A DNA stretch of 55,224 nucleotides, from NCBI GenBank assembly GCA_045600145.1, contig JAZRXI010000093.1, positions 1 through 55,224 of the forward strand. Direction: 5' to 3'. Shown piece by piece: positions 1-9,000 of the stretch. This stretch comes from Clostridia bacterium (GTDB lineage: Bacteria; Bacillota; Clostridia; Christensenellales; QALW01). The position numbers and the translations under genes are program-made. Each line of letters begins with the position of its first letter. Position 1 is the first letter of the stretch. The notes under the pieces were generated by a model. That model searched no databases, had not been told where the DNA came from, and worked only from the letters and a program-made list of their open reading frames with translations.

Positions 1-1
1 T

Positions 2-1357
2 CCCGTTACGCAAACATCTACGGAACGCATCCTGCTCACACCCGAAGCCGGGCATTACGAGCAGGATGCCGCTTCATGGTACACGGATTCGGCAAAGGTC
101 ATAAGCCAAGCCGTGCGTGAATCGGGTATCGCGCCCGAAAGTGTTGTCGGCTTGAGCATTTCATCGCAGGGCATAACCACCGTTGCGGTGGATGAAAGCC
201 TTGAGCCGCTCACCAATGCGATAAATTGGATGGATGTTCGTCCCGTGCGCTCATGGGAGGGCTTTCTTGCCCGCGCCGGCGAAGCCTACGTCAAGAGCGT
301 GACGGGCTTTCCCGCGGTCAAACAGAAACCGAAATTCGTTGCGAAAATACTTTGGGTACGCGATGAGATGCCCGAGGTATTCAAGCGCGCCGCTTATTTT
401 CTTATGCCCGCGCCGTTCGTTACCGCCAAGCTGACGGGCAAGGTGCTGACCGATCACACAATGGCATCGGGAAGCCTTTTGTACTCAAATTTCAGCTCGG
501 ATTGGGACGAAAAGCTGCTTGATGCCGCACAGCTTGATAGGAATCTTTTCCCCGAAATAGTACCGACGGGTACACCGGCGGGATATCTTACCGAGCGTGC
601 CGCGAAGGATTGCGGACTTACACAGAACTGTCTTGTGTCTGTCGGCGGACAGGATCAGAAGGTCTCGGCATATGCGGTAAACGCGGACGAGCACACGGTA
701 GCCTGTTCGTTCGGCACGTCGGCGGCATTTGAGTGCATAACAAATTCACCCGAAAATAATTTCAGCAACATATATAAAGTCTGCCCGTACATCGACGAAA
801 ACAAGTATGCCGTTGAGGTATGTATCAATGCGGCAGGCGCTTCGCTCAGGTGGATGCGCGATACTATGCTCGGCGGTGCGGGTTACGAGCCGCTCAATGA
901 GCTGGTACGCAATGCGCCGATCGGCAGTAACGGCATACATTTTATGCCGTTTTTGGGCGGTAAACCGACAAGCAACGGCTTTGCCGCGTTCAACGATGTC
1001 GGACTGCACAGCACGCTTTCCGATATAGCCCGAAGCATTTATGAGGGAATCGCGTTCGAGGCACGCTATCTTACCGAAGCGGTCATCAAAAATGCAGAGC
1101 TTATCACACTGTATTCCGGCGGAAGCAAGAGCCGTGAGCTTTGCGAAATACTTGCCGATGTACTTGATTTCCCGGTTAAAGCATGCCGTCATGCCGAAAT
1201 AGGAAGCCTCGGTGCGGCAAAGCTTGCAAAAAAAGGAACCGGACTTCCTGTTGATGGATTTGGTGAAGAATGTCTTAAGGAAAGCACGGTGTATTATCCG
1301 AAGCACAGCACGGAATATAATAAATTCTACGAAGAGTATATGAAGCTCCGCCCGTAA
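2..1357 (+). CDS. FGGY-family carbohydrate kinase (xylulokinase-like), 5'-truncated by the window edge
   Basis: Frame is open from base 2 (..EAGHYEQDAASWY..). FGGY motifs: SISSQG, AINWMD, TDHTMASGS, GGQDQ, FGTS, SGGSKS. Confidence 0.9.
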   Translation, partial: PVTQTSTERILLTPEAGHYEQDAASWYTDSAKVISQAVRESGIAPESVVGLSISSQGITTVAVDESLEPLTNAINWMDVRPVRSWEGFLARAGEAYVKSVTGFPAVKQKPKFVAKILWVRDEMPEVFKRAAYFLMPAPFVTAKLTGKVLTDHTMASGSLLYSNFSSDWDEKLLDAAQLDRNLFPEIVPTGTPAGYLTERAAKDCGLTQNCLVSVGGQDQKVSAYAVNADEHTVACSFGTSAAFECITNSPENNFSNIYKVCPYIDENKYAVEVCINAAGASLRWMRDTMLGGAGYEPLNELVRNAPIGSNGIHFMPFLGGKPTSNGFAAFNDVGLHSTLSDIARSIYEGIAFEARYLTEAVIKNAELITLYSGGSKSRELCEILADVLDFPVKACRHAEIGSLGAAKLAKKGTGLPVDGFGEECLKESTVYYPKHSTEYNKFYEEYMKLRP

Positions 1358-1367
1358 AAGCGTGACT

Positions 1368-1441
1368 TTGCGGGACAGCGTCCCGCACCCTGCGAGCTTT
1401 TTTGAAAAAAAGCTCGGCAAAAAACTTTTACTGCGCTTCGC
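1368..1441. repeat. Intergenic palindromic repeat family A, left arm
   Basis: Reverse-complement match to 1714-1782 (core GCGAAGCGCAATAAAAGTTTTTGCC..GCTTTTTTCAAAAAGC). Related copies recur through the window. Confidence 0.85.
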
Positions 1442-1471
1442 ATGAAAAAAACAACAAAAGATGTATTTCCC

Positions 1472-1701
1472 GTAGGGTGCGGCATCCGCTGTCGCACCGA
1501 CGTGATGTTTGTTGCAGGAACATATAGTTTGTTTTTTTTGTGTACTTTATCGTGTCATTGCGAGGAGCGAAGCGACGCGGCAATCCGGACGTAAACAAAA
1601 GTTACTTTATGTTAAACATGGATTGCCACGCATCCTGCGGATGCTCGCAATGACAAAATATAGCAAAAATACCGCGGTGCGTCGTGGACGCCGCACCCTA
1701 C
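1472..1701. repeat. GTAG-type REP doublet (REPIN-like), arms 1472-1499 and 1675-1701
   Basis: GTAGGGTGCGGCATCC..GCACCG and its inverted copy CGGTGCGTCGTGGACGCCGCACCCTAC. Confidence 0.75.
1553..1655. repeat. Repeat family B (TGTCATTGCGAG..GCAATCC / GGATTGCC..CTCGCAATGACA doublet)
   Basis: Inverted arms flank an AT-rich spacer. Degenerate copies near 12880, 18285 and 54036. Confidence 0.85.
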
Positions 1702-1713
1702 TGTCAAAGTGAC

Positions 1714-1782
1714 GCGAAGCGCAATAAAAGTTTTTGCCCCGCTTTTTTCAAAAAGCGGGCGGGGTTTGGGGCAGCGCCCCAA
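1714..1782. repeat. Intergenic palindromic repeat family A, right arm
   Basis: Inverted copy of 1368-1441. Confidence 0.85.
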
Positions 1783-1827
1783 AAAAGGGGAGCGTGGCAG
1801 CGTCCCACAAAAAAGAAAGGTAATAAA

Positions 1828-3141
1828 ATGAAAGCAGGAATAAAAGAAATAATAATAACTCCTGATTTTCCCGCGCTGTTAGCGGGTTTCCCCGAGCCGC
1901 ATGACCGTTTCAACCGTTCGGTGCATGACGATCTTATGGCGCACTGCTTCTATCTTGAAAGTCACGGTGTCGAGCAGGTCATCGTTACGCTCGATCTGCT
2001 TTGTTATCCTAAATGGCACGTTACCGCGATGCGTGAAAAGATCGAAAAGCTGACCGGCATCCCCGGCGAAGCGTGCATGATCTCAACGACGCATACGCAT
2101 TCGGGACCCGAAACGCGTTCAGTGCCGTTTTATCCCGAAAAAGAGTACGAAATAATGTACCCGCGCTACATAAACGAGCTTGGCGATAAGGTCGCCGAAG
2201 CGGTGCTTTTTGCCAAACAGCACGCTTTTGACGCCGAAATAGCGTTTTCGCTCGGTCACTGCGGAAGCGAAAAAAATGTCGGAGGCAACCGCCGTGAAAA
2301 GGGCGGACTTGCCGACCCGAAGGTATGGGTGACATCCATCCGCGATAAAGAAAAAACATTGCGCGGTGTCATCGTGCGCTATTCGCTCCACCCGACATTT
2401 CTCGGCGCGGAAAACCGCGAGATAACCAAGGATTATCCGGGTTACATCTATGAATATCTCAAAAACAAACATGAAAATATCGCAGTTGCGTTTCAGATAG
2501 GTACGGCAGGCGATCAGTCGCCGCGCTTCTTCCGCAGCGGATGCACATTTGACGAAGCAAAGCGCGTCGGCTATGCCATCGCCGAGGAAGCCGACCGCGT
2601 GCTTGAAAATGCCGTGTACGAAAGCGATCCGATCATCACACGCTACCGCACGGATATTGAGCCCATAGTCAAAACCGTTCCCGAGCTTGCACAGGCGGAA
2701 GCCGACCTTGCAAAAAGCGAACGTGAGCTTGAAGAAGCGCAGAAGAATGGGCTTGAACAAGGCGTTGTCAGAAGTCTTGAATGTGCGGTCATCGGCGCAA
2801 AGAGAATGCTCGGGCTTGCACGCATAGGCAGAGAGCAGGTCGCACAGCTTCGCGGAAATCATCCGTTTGAGGTTTACCTGCTCAAAATAGGCTCAACATG
2901 CATCGTTGCATTCCCGACCGAAACGTTTGTTGAATACGGTCTTGATATCAGTGCGCGTTCGCCTTTCGAAAACACTATCGTCATAACCTGTACGAACGGC
3001 TACGGCAGAGGCTATATATGCACTCCCGAAGCGTTCGAGCAGGGCGGATATGAAGCACTCGGCTCACTCTATACAGGCGAAAACGGCGCGCGTCTTGTAG
3101 AAACCGCGCTCGCACTGCTTGAAAAGGCAAAGGAGAAATGA
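1828..3141 (+). CDS. Neutral/alkaline ceramidase-like metal-dependent amidohydrolase
   Basis: Start reassigned to ATG 1828 after an AAAGG RBS (the ORF-track extension runs through repeats). Motifs ITP..LAGF, HDDL, TTHTHSGP, LHPT, GTAGDQSP, GYICT..GGYE. Confidence 0.75.
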   Translation: MKAGIKEIIITPDFPALLAGFPEPHDRFNRSVHDDLMAHCFYLESHGVEQVIVTLDLLCYPKWHVTAMREKIEKLTGIPGEACMISTTHTHSGPETRSVPFYPEKEYEIMYPRYINELGDKVAEAVLFAKQHAFDAEIAFSLGHCGSEKNVGGNRREKGGLADPKVWVTSIRDKEKTLRGVIVRYSLHPTFLGAENREITKDYPGYIYEYLKNKHENIAVAFQIGTAGDQSPRFFRSGCTFDEAKRVGYAIAEEADRVLENAVYESDPIITRYRTDIEPIVKTVPELAQAEADLAKSERELEEAQKNGLEQGVVRSLECAVIGAKRMLGLARIGREQVAQLRGNHPFEVYLLKIGSTCIVAFPTETFVEYGLDISARSPFENTIVITCTNGYGRGYICTPEAFEQGGYEALGSLYTGENGARLVETALALLEKAKEK

Positions 3142-3743
3142 TAATGAAAAATGTTCTTTTATTGGGTGATTCCGTTCGTATGCAGTATCAGCCTTATGTC
3201 GCGGAACAGCTTTCCGACATGAGCGTTTCCGCACCCGACGAAAATTGCAGATTTTCCTCATACATGCTCAACAGCCTGCGTTTCTGGCTTCCGTCAATGC
3301 CCAAGCCCGATATCATACACTTCAATTCCGGCTTGTGGGATACCGCGATCCTTTATGTCGATGACGGTCCGTTCACGCCGATAAACGATTATGTAAAGAA
3401 CATGAACAGCATTCTGCGCGAGCTGAAAAAATTTGACGTGCCGATTATCTTTGCAACGTCAACTCCCGTCAAGGCGGAAATAATCTCAGCCGTCGCCACA
3501 CCGAGCGTCAATGATCCCGAAGCACCGACGGTGTTCAAGCAGAACAACGACCGCATTGCACAGTACAATGCCGCCGTAACCGAAAGCTTTAAGGATCAGG
3601 GCGTTATCATCAACGATCTGTTCTCACTTGTTTATCTCAAGCTTGACGAATATATCTGCAATGACGGTATCCACATGAACGATGCCGGAATCCGCGCCTG
3701 CGGTGACGCGGTGGTAAATGCGATAAATAGCACAATACTATAA
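3138..3743 (+). CDS. SGNH/GDSL hydrolase
   Basis: LLLGDS, HFNSGLWD and DGIH blocks; overlaps the upstream stop codon. Confidence 0.85.
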   Translation: MIMKNVLLLGDSVRMQYQPYVAEQLSDMSVSAPDENCRFSSYMLNSLRFWLPSMPKPDIIHFNSGLWDTAILYVDDGPFTPINDYVKNMNSILRELKKFDVPIIFATSTPVKAEIISAVATPSVNDPEAPTVFKQNNDRIAQYNAAVTESFKDQGVIINDLFSLVYLKLDEYICNDGIHMNDAGIRACGDAVVNAINSTIL

Positions 3744-3788
3744 AGTTTTACGGGCACGCTGTCCCCACGAAATGAGCCTCAGAAATTT

Positions 3789-4676
3789 TTATCCTTTTTT
3801 CACCGGCTTGCGTGTGTGTTTACAGATAAAATCAACAGCGGTATCAGCATTGTCGAAAACAGGGAAGCGCTGTACACCAATTCCGTGATCAAAGGCTTTC
3901 TGTATATAAGTATCATGATACGGCAGTATGTCAATTCGTTCAACGTTTTCGAGTTTTTCAGCAAGCCGAGCAATTTCCGATAAGTGCGTTTCATCATCGT
4001 TTACGCCGGTAATGAGCGGACATCTTAACACGATATGCGCACCGTATTTGTTTAGTTTTTCGAGATTCGCAAGAATACTTACATTCGAAACTCCCGTATA
4101 TTTTTCGTGTATCTGCGGGTCGGATATCTTCCAATCGTACAAAAATAAATCCGTATACGGTATTGTTTTTTCGATATTTTCCCATTCCGTGAAGCCGCTT
4201 GTTTCGACACATGTATTGATATGCCGCGCCTTACACCTTTTGAGCATTTCAAGCAAAAATCCGTGTTGAAGATAGACCTCGCCGCCCGAAAATGTCACAC
4301 CTCCGCCCGAAGCTTTGTAAAAGTCCTCATCCTCAGCTATTTTTTCGATGAGCTCATCCGTGCTTATCCCGTAGCCCGTGCGTGCGAGCGCCGACGGACA
4401 TATATCAACGCATTTCATACAGCCGATACAGCTCGTTCTGTCGAAAATGTGCCCGTTTTTGCCGAACGTATGGCATCCTCCCGGGCACTCCAAGGCACAT
4501 AAGCCACAAGCAATACACTTTTTTGCACTGTATACTATTTGCGTTAAAACGGTCTTGCTCTCTGGATTGTGACACCACATGCATGAAAGCGGACACCCCT
4601 TGAAGAACACTACAGTCCGTATTCCCGGTCCGTCGCTGTCACAAAAGCGCTGGATATTAAAAATCGTGCCTTTCAT
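3789..4676 (-). CDS. Glycyl-radical enzyme activating protein (radical SAM with ferredoxin insert)
   Basis: DGPGIRTVVFFKGCPLSCMWCHNPES, two CxxCxxCxxxC clusters, GGGVTFSGGE. Confidence 0.95.
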   Translation of the reverse strand: MKGTIFNIQRFCDSDGPGIRTVVFFKGCPLSCMWCHNPESKTVLTQIVYSAKKCIACGLCALECPGGCHTFGKNGHIFDRTSCIGCMKCVDICPSALARTGYGISTDELIEKIAEDEDFYKASGGGVTFSGGEVYLQHGFLLEMLKRCKARHINTCVETSGFTEWENIEKTIPYTDLFLYDWKISDPQIHEKYTGVSNVSILANLEKLNKYGAHIVLRCPLITGVNDDETHLSEIARLAEKLENVERIDILPYHDTYIQKAFDHGIGVQRFPVFDNADTAVDFICKHTRKPVKKG

Positions 4677-4678
4677 GT

Positions 4679-6805
4679 TCAGTAATCCGTTCTTTCTATT
4701 ATCTCAAGCTGTTGTTTTTCCGGCAAACGCACAAAATAATCGCTGTAGCCGCCGATGCGTACCACAAGGTCCTCGTACTCTTCCGGTGCTTCCATTGCGC
4801 GACGCATATCGTCGCTGTCAATGCAGTTGAATTGTATCTGACATCCACCGCGTACGAAAAATGTTTTCAGCAACGATTTCGGGATATCCATGTTCTCTTT
4901 GAAATATCTTTTTGAAAGTCTTATGTTGAATGCAACTCCGCCCAAAAAATCATCCTGATTCCACTTTGTCACCGATTCTATCAACGCAGTCGGCGAAGTC
5001 ATATCCCGTCCCTGCACCGCACCGCAACTATCCGCAAGCGGCATTCCCGCAAGTCGCCCGTCCGGAGTGGCGGGTGTCCGCGAGCCGTAAAGCACATAGT
5101 AATTGTATGAAAATATACCGGGTATAAGTCCGTCACCCTCGATCGTCTGCGTCAAGCCGCAGGCGTTCTTCATGCACACCGTAAGCTCTTTGGCAATTTC
5201 GTCAGCACGGTCATCATTATTGCCGTAATGCGGAAGTCTGTTGATTATCCTCTGCCGCAGCACCTCATATCCGACGAAATTCGCCTTGACTGCTTTGCGA
5301 TATTCGTCAAGTGAAATTTCCTTTTTCTCAAACACGAGCTCACGTATAGCACAGAGCGAATCGACGGCGTTCGCAAAACCGAGCACGTTAGGCAGTGTGT
5401 GGTTATATATTGCACCTCCTGCACCTACGGGCTTGCCCGACGCGATACAGTTATCCACAAGGCACGAATGACGCATCGCTTCGGTGGCATTTCTTCCGTG
5501 TTCAAGCTTGAGAATATTTATTTCGTGATTTTTCCGGATAAATTCTTTTGTCACAAGCTCGAAATAATCATTTTTCAACGAATCGAAATCCGTATATTCA
5601 CCCGTGTTGAACACATCAAGCAAAAGCGACGGCAACACATGATACGGAGCCGTTGTCCACATAGCCGATTTACCTATGATGGTCAGCTCGACACACGTCG
5701 AATTTATATAGTTGTGCGCGTCTTTTTCGTCAAAGCCGTGGCGAATGAGCGAGCTCACTATTTTTTCATCATTCCAAAAAGACGGAAATGTACAGCCTCT
5801 GCCTATCATATCAAAGGCATATGTAAGAAGCGCATCGCTCATTGACGGCGTAACACACAGTGCGATATTCGGATCGCTCATCTTTATTCTGTCAACAGAG
5901 CGCAGAAACTCCCATGTAAGCTCATTTTCGATCGGCGTGCCGTCGGAAGCCGTACCGCCGACCATCATTCCGAGTGCCGTGTACGGATAGATATATGTAA
6001 CATATATCATGTTAAAATTATCTATCAATTCTTCCGTAAATTCCTTTGTAATGCGTCCGCAGGCGATATCATCACGGTAGTATTTTATGAGAAGCTGATC
6101 GGGACGTCCCGCCGAATACAGCCCACGAAGTGTAAAGGTGTAAAAATGAATGCTTTGCAATGCTTCCCAGAACGTCCGTGCAGGAAATTCCGGCACACGT
6201 GCAAGATTCTCTGACATTGCAAGCAGTTCAGCTTTGCGCTTTGCATCGGATGTTTCGTCCGCGCGAACACGCAGGGCATCGGAATAACGGTGCGCATAAG
6301 CGATAAGGGCTTCAAGTTCCATGAGTGCGCAATCATAAAATTCTTCTTTTTCAATATTTTCTGCAATATCGCTGCCGGAAAAATCGAGTCTTGATTTTTG
6401 CTCTTTTATCTCGTTTATCAGCCCGCGCACTCCGGTGCGAAGCAACCTTTCGTAATCGAGTGCCATGTGATCATTGCGCTGATCCTCCGAGACACAATGC
6501 GCCATTTTATACATTTCGGCAAGCTTTGTAAATTCCTCATTTTCGAAACAGCCATTAAAATCCGCTTGACCGCATATAAGCTCATTGTCGGTCAGTACCG
6601 GGCACGAATTTTCAAGCTCTGCGACCTCTGCGTATGAACGGCGAAGATTAGTGGTAAGTGCTTTGGTCCCCGAATCAAGATATCCTCTCAGCCAATGCAG
6701 TGTCATCGGGTGATTCCCGTATGCGTGTGCTATTTCCCTGCCGCATGCCACCGGCGTTTTCAGATATTCTTTTTTGACCTGTGCCATTCTTTTCGAAAGC
6801 TTCAT
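4679..6805 (-). CDS. Glycyl-radical enzyme (PFL2-like, substrate unknown)
   Basis: Cys loop NSTCVE, YGNND, ATPDGR, Gly loop LVVRIGGYS; adjacent activase. Confidence 0.92.
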   Translation of the reverse strand: MKLSKRMAQVKKEYLKTPVACGREIAHAYGNHPMTLHWLRGYLDSGTKALTTNLRRSYAEVAELENSCPVLTDNELICGQADFNGCFENEEFTKLAEMYKMAHCVSEDQRNDHMALDYERLLRTGVRGLINEIKEQKSRLDFSGSDIAENIEKEEFYDCALMELEALIAYAHRYSDALRVRADETSDAKRKAELLAMSENLARVPEFPARTFWEALQSIHFYTFTLRGLYSAGRPDQLLIKYYRDDIACGRITKEFTEELIDNFNMIYVTYIYPYTALGMMVGGTASDGTPIENELTWEFLRSVDRIKMSDPNIALCVTPSMSDALLTYAFDMIGRGCTFPSFWNDEKIVSSLIRHGFDEKDAHNYINSTCVELTIIGKSAMWTTAPYHVLPSLLLDVFNTGEYTDFDSLKNDYFELVTKEFIRKNHEINILKLEHGRNATEAMRHSCLVDNCIASGKPVGAGGAIYNHTLPNVLGFANAVDSLCAIRELVFEKKEISLDEYRKAVKANFVGYEVLRQRIINRLPHYGNNDDRADEIAKELTVCMKNACGLTQTIEGDGLIPGIFSYNYYVLYGSRTPATPDGRLAGMPLADSCGAVQGRDMTSPTALIESVTKWNQDDFLGGVAFNIRLSKRYFKENMDIPKSLLKTFFVRGGCQIQFNCIDSDDMRRAMEAPEEYEDLVVRIGGYSDYFVRLPEKQQLEIIERTDY

Positions 6806-7009
6806 GATATGCTCCTTTAATTCCGTTATCTCTTTTGTCTGAGTTAAATTGCAGTATCGTTCAAAAGTTAATTATATTATATAATTTTTTTGTGCGAAAC
6901 TTGCTTTTTAAATATGCAAAAACAGTTGTATTTTTGACTTCTTTTATTTGCATATGCCATAAAATGCAGTATTTATGGGAAGTTTATCCACAATGTCAAT
7001 ATTTTGTAA

Positions 7010-7038
7010 TTGACTTTCTCATTGCGATATGCTATCAT
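7010..7038 (+). promoter_or_regulatory. SigA-like promoter for the AraC gene
   Basis: TTGACT-17-TATCAT with an extended TG. Confidence 0.6.
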
Positions 7039-7069
7039 AAGCTTATAAAAAAAAAGACGGGAGCCGAAA

Positions 7070-7849
7070 GTGATGAACATACATTGTATAAATCAAGTAT
7101 GTGAGCACGCTGAAGTCAACGGCGAATGGATATGTACAACGCAGAGCGGAAATCTGAAGCTTCTATTGGTGCGATCAGGTCACGGCTCCTTCTATCAGGG
7201 CGCCACATTAAGACATCTTGAAGCAAAAAAGCTGTATCTTTTTTCACAGAGCGCGTACTTCAAAACTTTTTCTGCCGAAGACCTCAACTTGACGGTTATA
7301 AGCTTTTATTCCAATTTCACATTGGCATTGGATACATTTCTCGAATTCAGTTTTGACGATGTACCTTTTATGGATCTTTACAGTGTGCGCGAATTTCTGG
7401 ATAACAGTGCAGAACACTCGTTTCTGTTCAAAAAATTCATTGAAATAATTATTTCATACATCGACATACACTTTTCGATACCGCTTGTCACAAACCCCAT
7501 AGTTGTAAAGACACTTGATATCATTTGCGCAGAAAGCGACACCGTTACTACGTCGATCCTTGCGCAAAGACTCAGTCTTGACGAAAGTCATTATATCCGT
7601 GCGTTCAAGAGAGCAACGGGCTTGACTCCGATGAGCTTTATTCATGCGTGCAGACTTTCGCAAGGGATAATTTACTTAAAAAACGGAATGAGTGTCGCCG
7701 ACGCCGCCGAAAAATGCGGATATATTTCCCCCTCGGCATTCACGCAGGCAATAAAAAAAGCGACCGGCATTCTTCCGTCGCAGATAAGGCAAAACTGTGT
7801 TGATGCCGCAGTTTCACTTGAAACATTCAAGAAAAAAGGTAAGCCATAA
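7070..7849 (+). CDS. AraC-family regulator, divergent from the GRE operon
   Basis: C-terminal double HTH (LAQRLSLDESHYIRAFKRATG..AEKCGYISPSAFTQAIKKATG). Confidence 0.9.
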   Translation: MMNIHCINQVCEHAEVNGEWICTTQSGNLKLLLVRSGHGSFYQGATLRHLEAKKLYLFSQSAYFKTFSAEDLNLTVISFYSNFTLALDTFLEFSFDDVPFMDLYSVREFLDNSAEHSFLFKKFIEIIISYIDIHFSIPLVTNPIVVKTLDIICAESDTVTTSILAQRLSLDESHYIRAFKRATGLTPMSFIHACRLSQGIIYLKNGMSVADAAEKCGYISPSAFTQAIKKATGILPSQIRQNCVDAAVSLETFKKKGKP

Positions 7850-7859
7850 GAACTTCGCC

Positions 7860-8047
7860 TATGCACCCCGGATTTTTGTGGCTCCGTTCTCTTGGGGCTC
7901 AGCCGCTTGACCTAGCTTTTGCGGAGCACTGCCCAACACACTGTGCGCTTTTTTAAAAAAAGCATGGCAAAAAACTTTTATTGCGCTTCGCGGCAAGAGG
8001 ACCTCGTCCCCCTGCATTCCCCTACACGCTTTTAAAAAATCTCGGCA
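7860..8047. repeat. Family A repeat mosaic (degenerate, tandem)
   Basis: GGCAAAAAACTTTTATTGCGCTTCGCGGCAAG.. is a near reverse complement of the 38030-38100 copy. Confidence 0.75.
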
Positions 8048-8080
8048 GATTACCGAGTGTTTAGGATAATACATCGTTCA

Positions 8081-8113
8081 AAAAACGACAAGTTTTCGAA
8101 ACTTGTCGTTTTT
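8081..8113. terminator. Bidirectional rho-independent terminator
   Basis: AAAAACGACAAGTTT / AAACTTGTCGTTTTT perfect stem between convergent units. Confidence 0.7.
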
Positions 8114-8287
8114 GTTGATTGGACTACGAAACAGATATGTTCGGCAAAGTGATGGATGGTGTGGAATCCCTGTGATATTTAATGATATATCGCTGACGCG
8201 ATATGATATACGGCTTAGCTGCATTATATATTTTCGCTTCGCTCAAATATGATATCCGTTCCTTCATACCCCGCAGACGAATATCAT

Positions 8288-8323
8288 TGCAAAAAGCACT
8301 TGCTTTTGCAAGTGCTTTTTGCA
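8288..8323 (-). terminator. Terminator of the tRNA operon
   Basis: TGCAAAAAGCACTTGC-TTTT-GCAAGTGCTTTTTGCA directly after the tRNA-Val CCA. Confidence 0.75.
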
Positions 8324-8399
8324 TGGTGGGAACAATAGGGCTCGAACCTATGACATTCTGCTTGTAGGGCAGACGCTCTCCCAGCTGAGCTATGCTCCC
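8324..8399 (-). tRNA. tRNA-Val(TAC)
   Basis: Cloverleaf; anticodon arm TCTGC-CCTACAA-GCAGA; T-loop TTCGAG; CCA end. Confidence 0.95.
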
Positions 8400-8407
8400 A
8401 TAAATAA

Positions 8408-8483
8408 TGGTGATCCATCCGGGATTTGAACCCGGGACACCTTGATTAAAAGTCAAGTGCTCTACCGACTGAGCTAATGAATC
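8408..8483 (-). tRNA. tRNA-Lys(TTT)
   Basis: Anticodon arm CTTGA-CTTTTAA-TCAAG; CCA end. Confidence 0.97.
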
Positions 8484-8504
8484 ATTTAGAATAAAATAAC
8501 CAAA

Positions 8505-8579
8505 TGGCTGGGGTAGCTGGACTCGAACCAGCGAATGACGGAATCAAAATCCGTTGCCTTACCGCTTGGCTATACCCCA
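8505..8579 (-). tRNA. tRNA-Gln(TTG)
   Basis: Anticodon arm ACGGA-TTTTGAT-TCCGT; CCA end. Confidence 0.97.
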
Positions 8580-8588
8580 AAGAAAAAA

Positions 8589-8666
<78 letters not shown>

Positions 8667-8687
8667 ATACGTTCTTCTTCGGTGAAG

Positions 8688-8764
8688 TGGTGCGCCAGAA
8701 GGGAGTCGAACCCCCGACACACGGCTTAGAAGGCCGTTGCTCTATCCTACTGAGCTACTGGCGC
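8688..8764 (-). tRNA. tRNA-Arg(TCT)
   Basis: Anticodon arm ACGGC-CTTCTAA-GCCGT; CCA end. Confidence 0.97.
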
Positions 8765-8792
8765 ATAACACCAAATAACCTTTCAATAAGGT

Positions 8793-8866
8793 TGGAGCGG
8801 GTGATGGGAATCGAACCCACGCAATCAGCTTGGAAGGCTGAGATTCTACCATTGAACTACACCCGC
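8793..8866 (-). tRNA. tRNA-Gly(TCC)
   Basis: Anticodon arm TCAGC-CTTCCAA-GCTGA; CCA end. Confidence 0.97.
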
Positions 8867-8898
8867 ACATTTGACCTTCTCAACCAAAGGCGTAGTTA

Positions 8899-8927
8899 AT
8901 TATATTATTAAAGTGTGTTTTTGTCAA
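8899..8927 (-). promoter_or_regulatory. Consensus SigA promoter of the tRNA operon
   Basis: TTGACA-17-TATAAT with A-tract UP element. Confidence 0.9.
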
Positions 8928-9000
8928 ACACTTTTTTTGTTTTTACGGATTTTTTTATTTTTTCCATTTAAGCGACGTTAAATTGAAATTTGCATATCGC

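Noticed and set aside
1509-1827. ORF 1509-1712 and the N-terminal extension of 1684-3141
   Set aside because: They run through repeats; the RBS supports a start at 1828.
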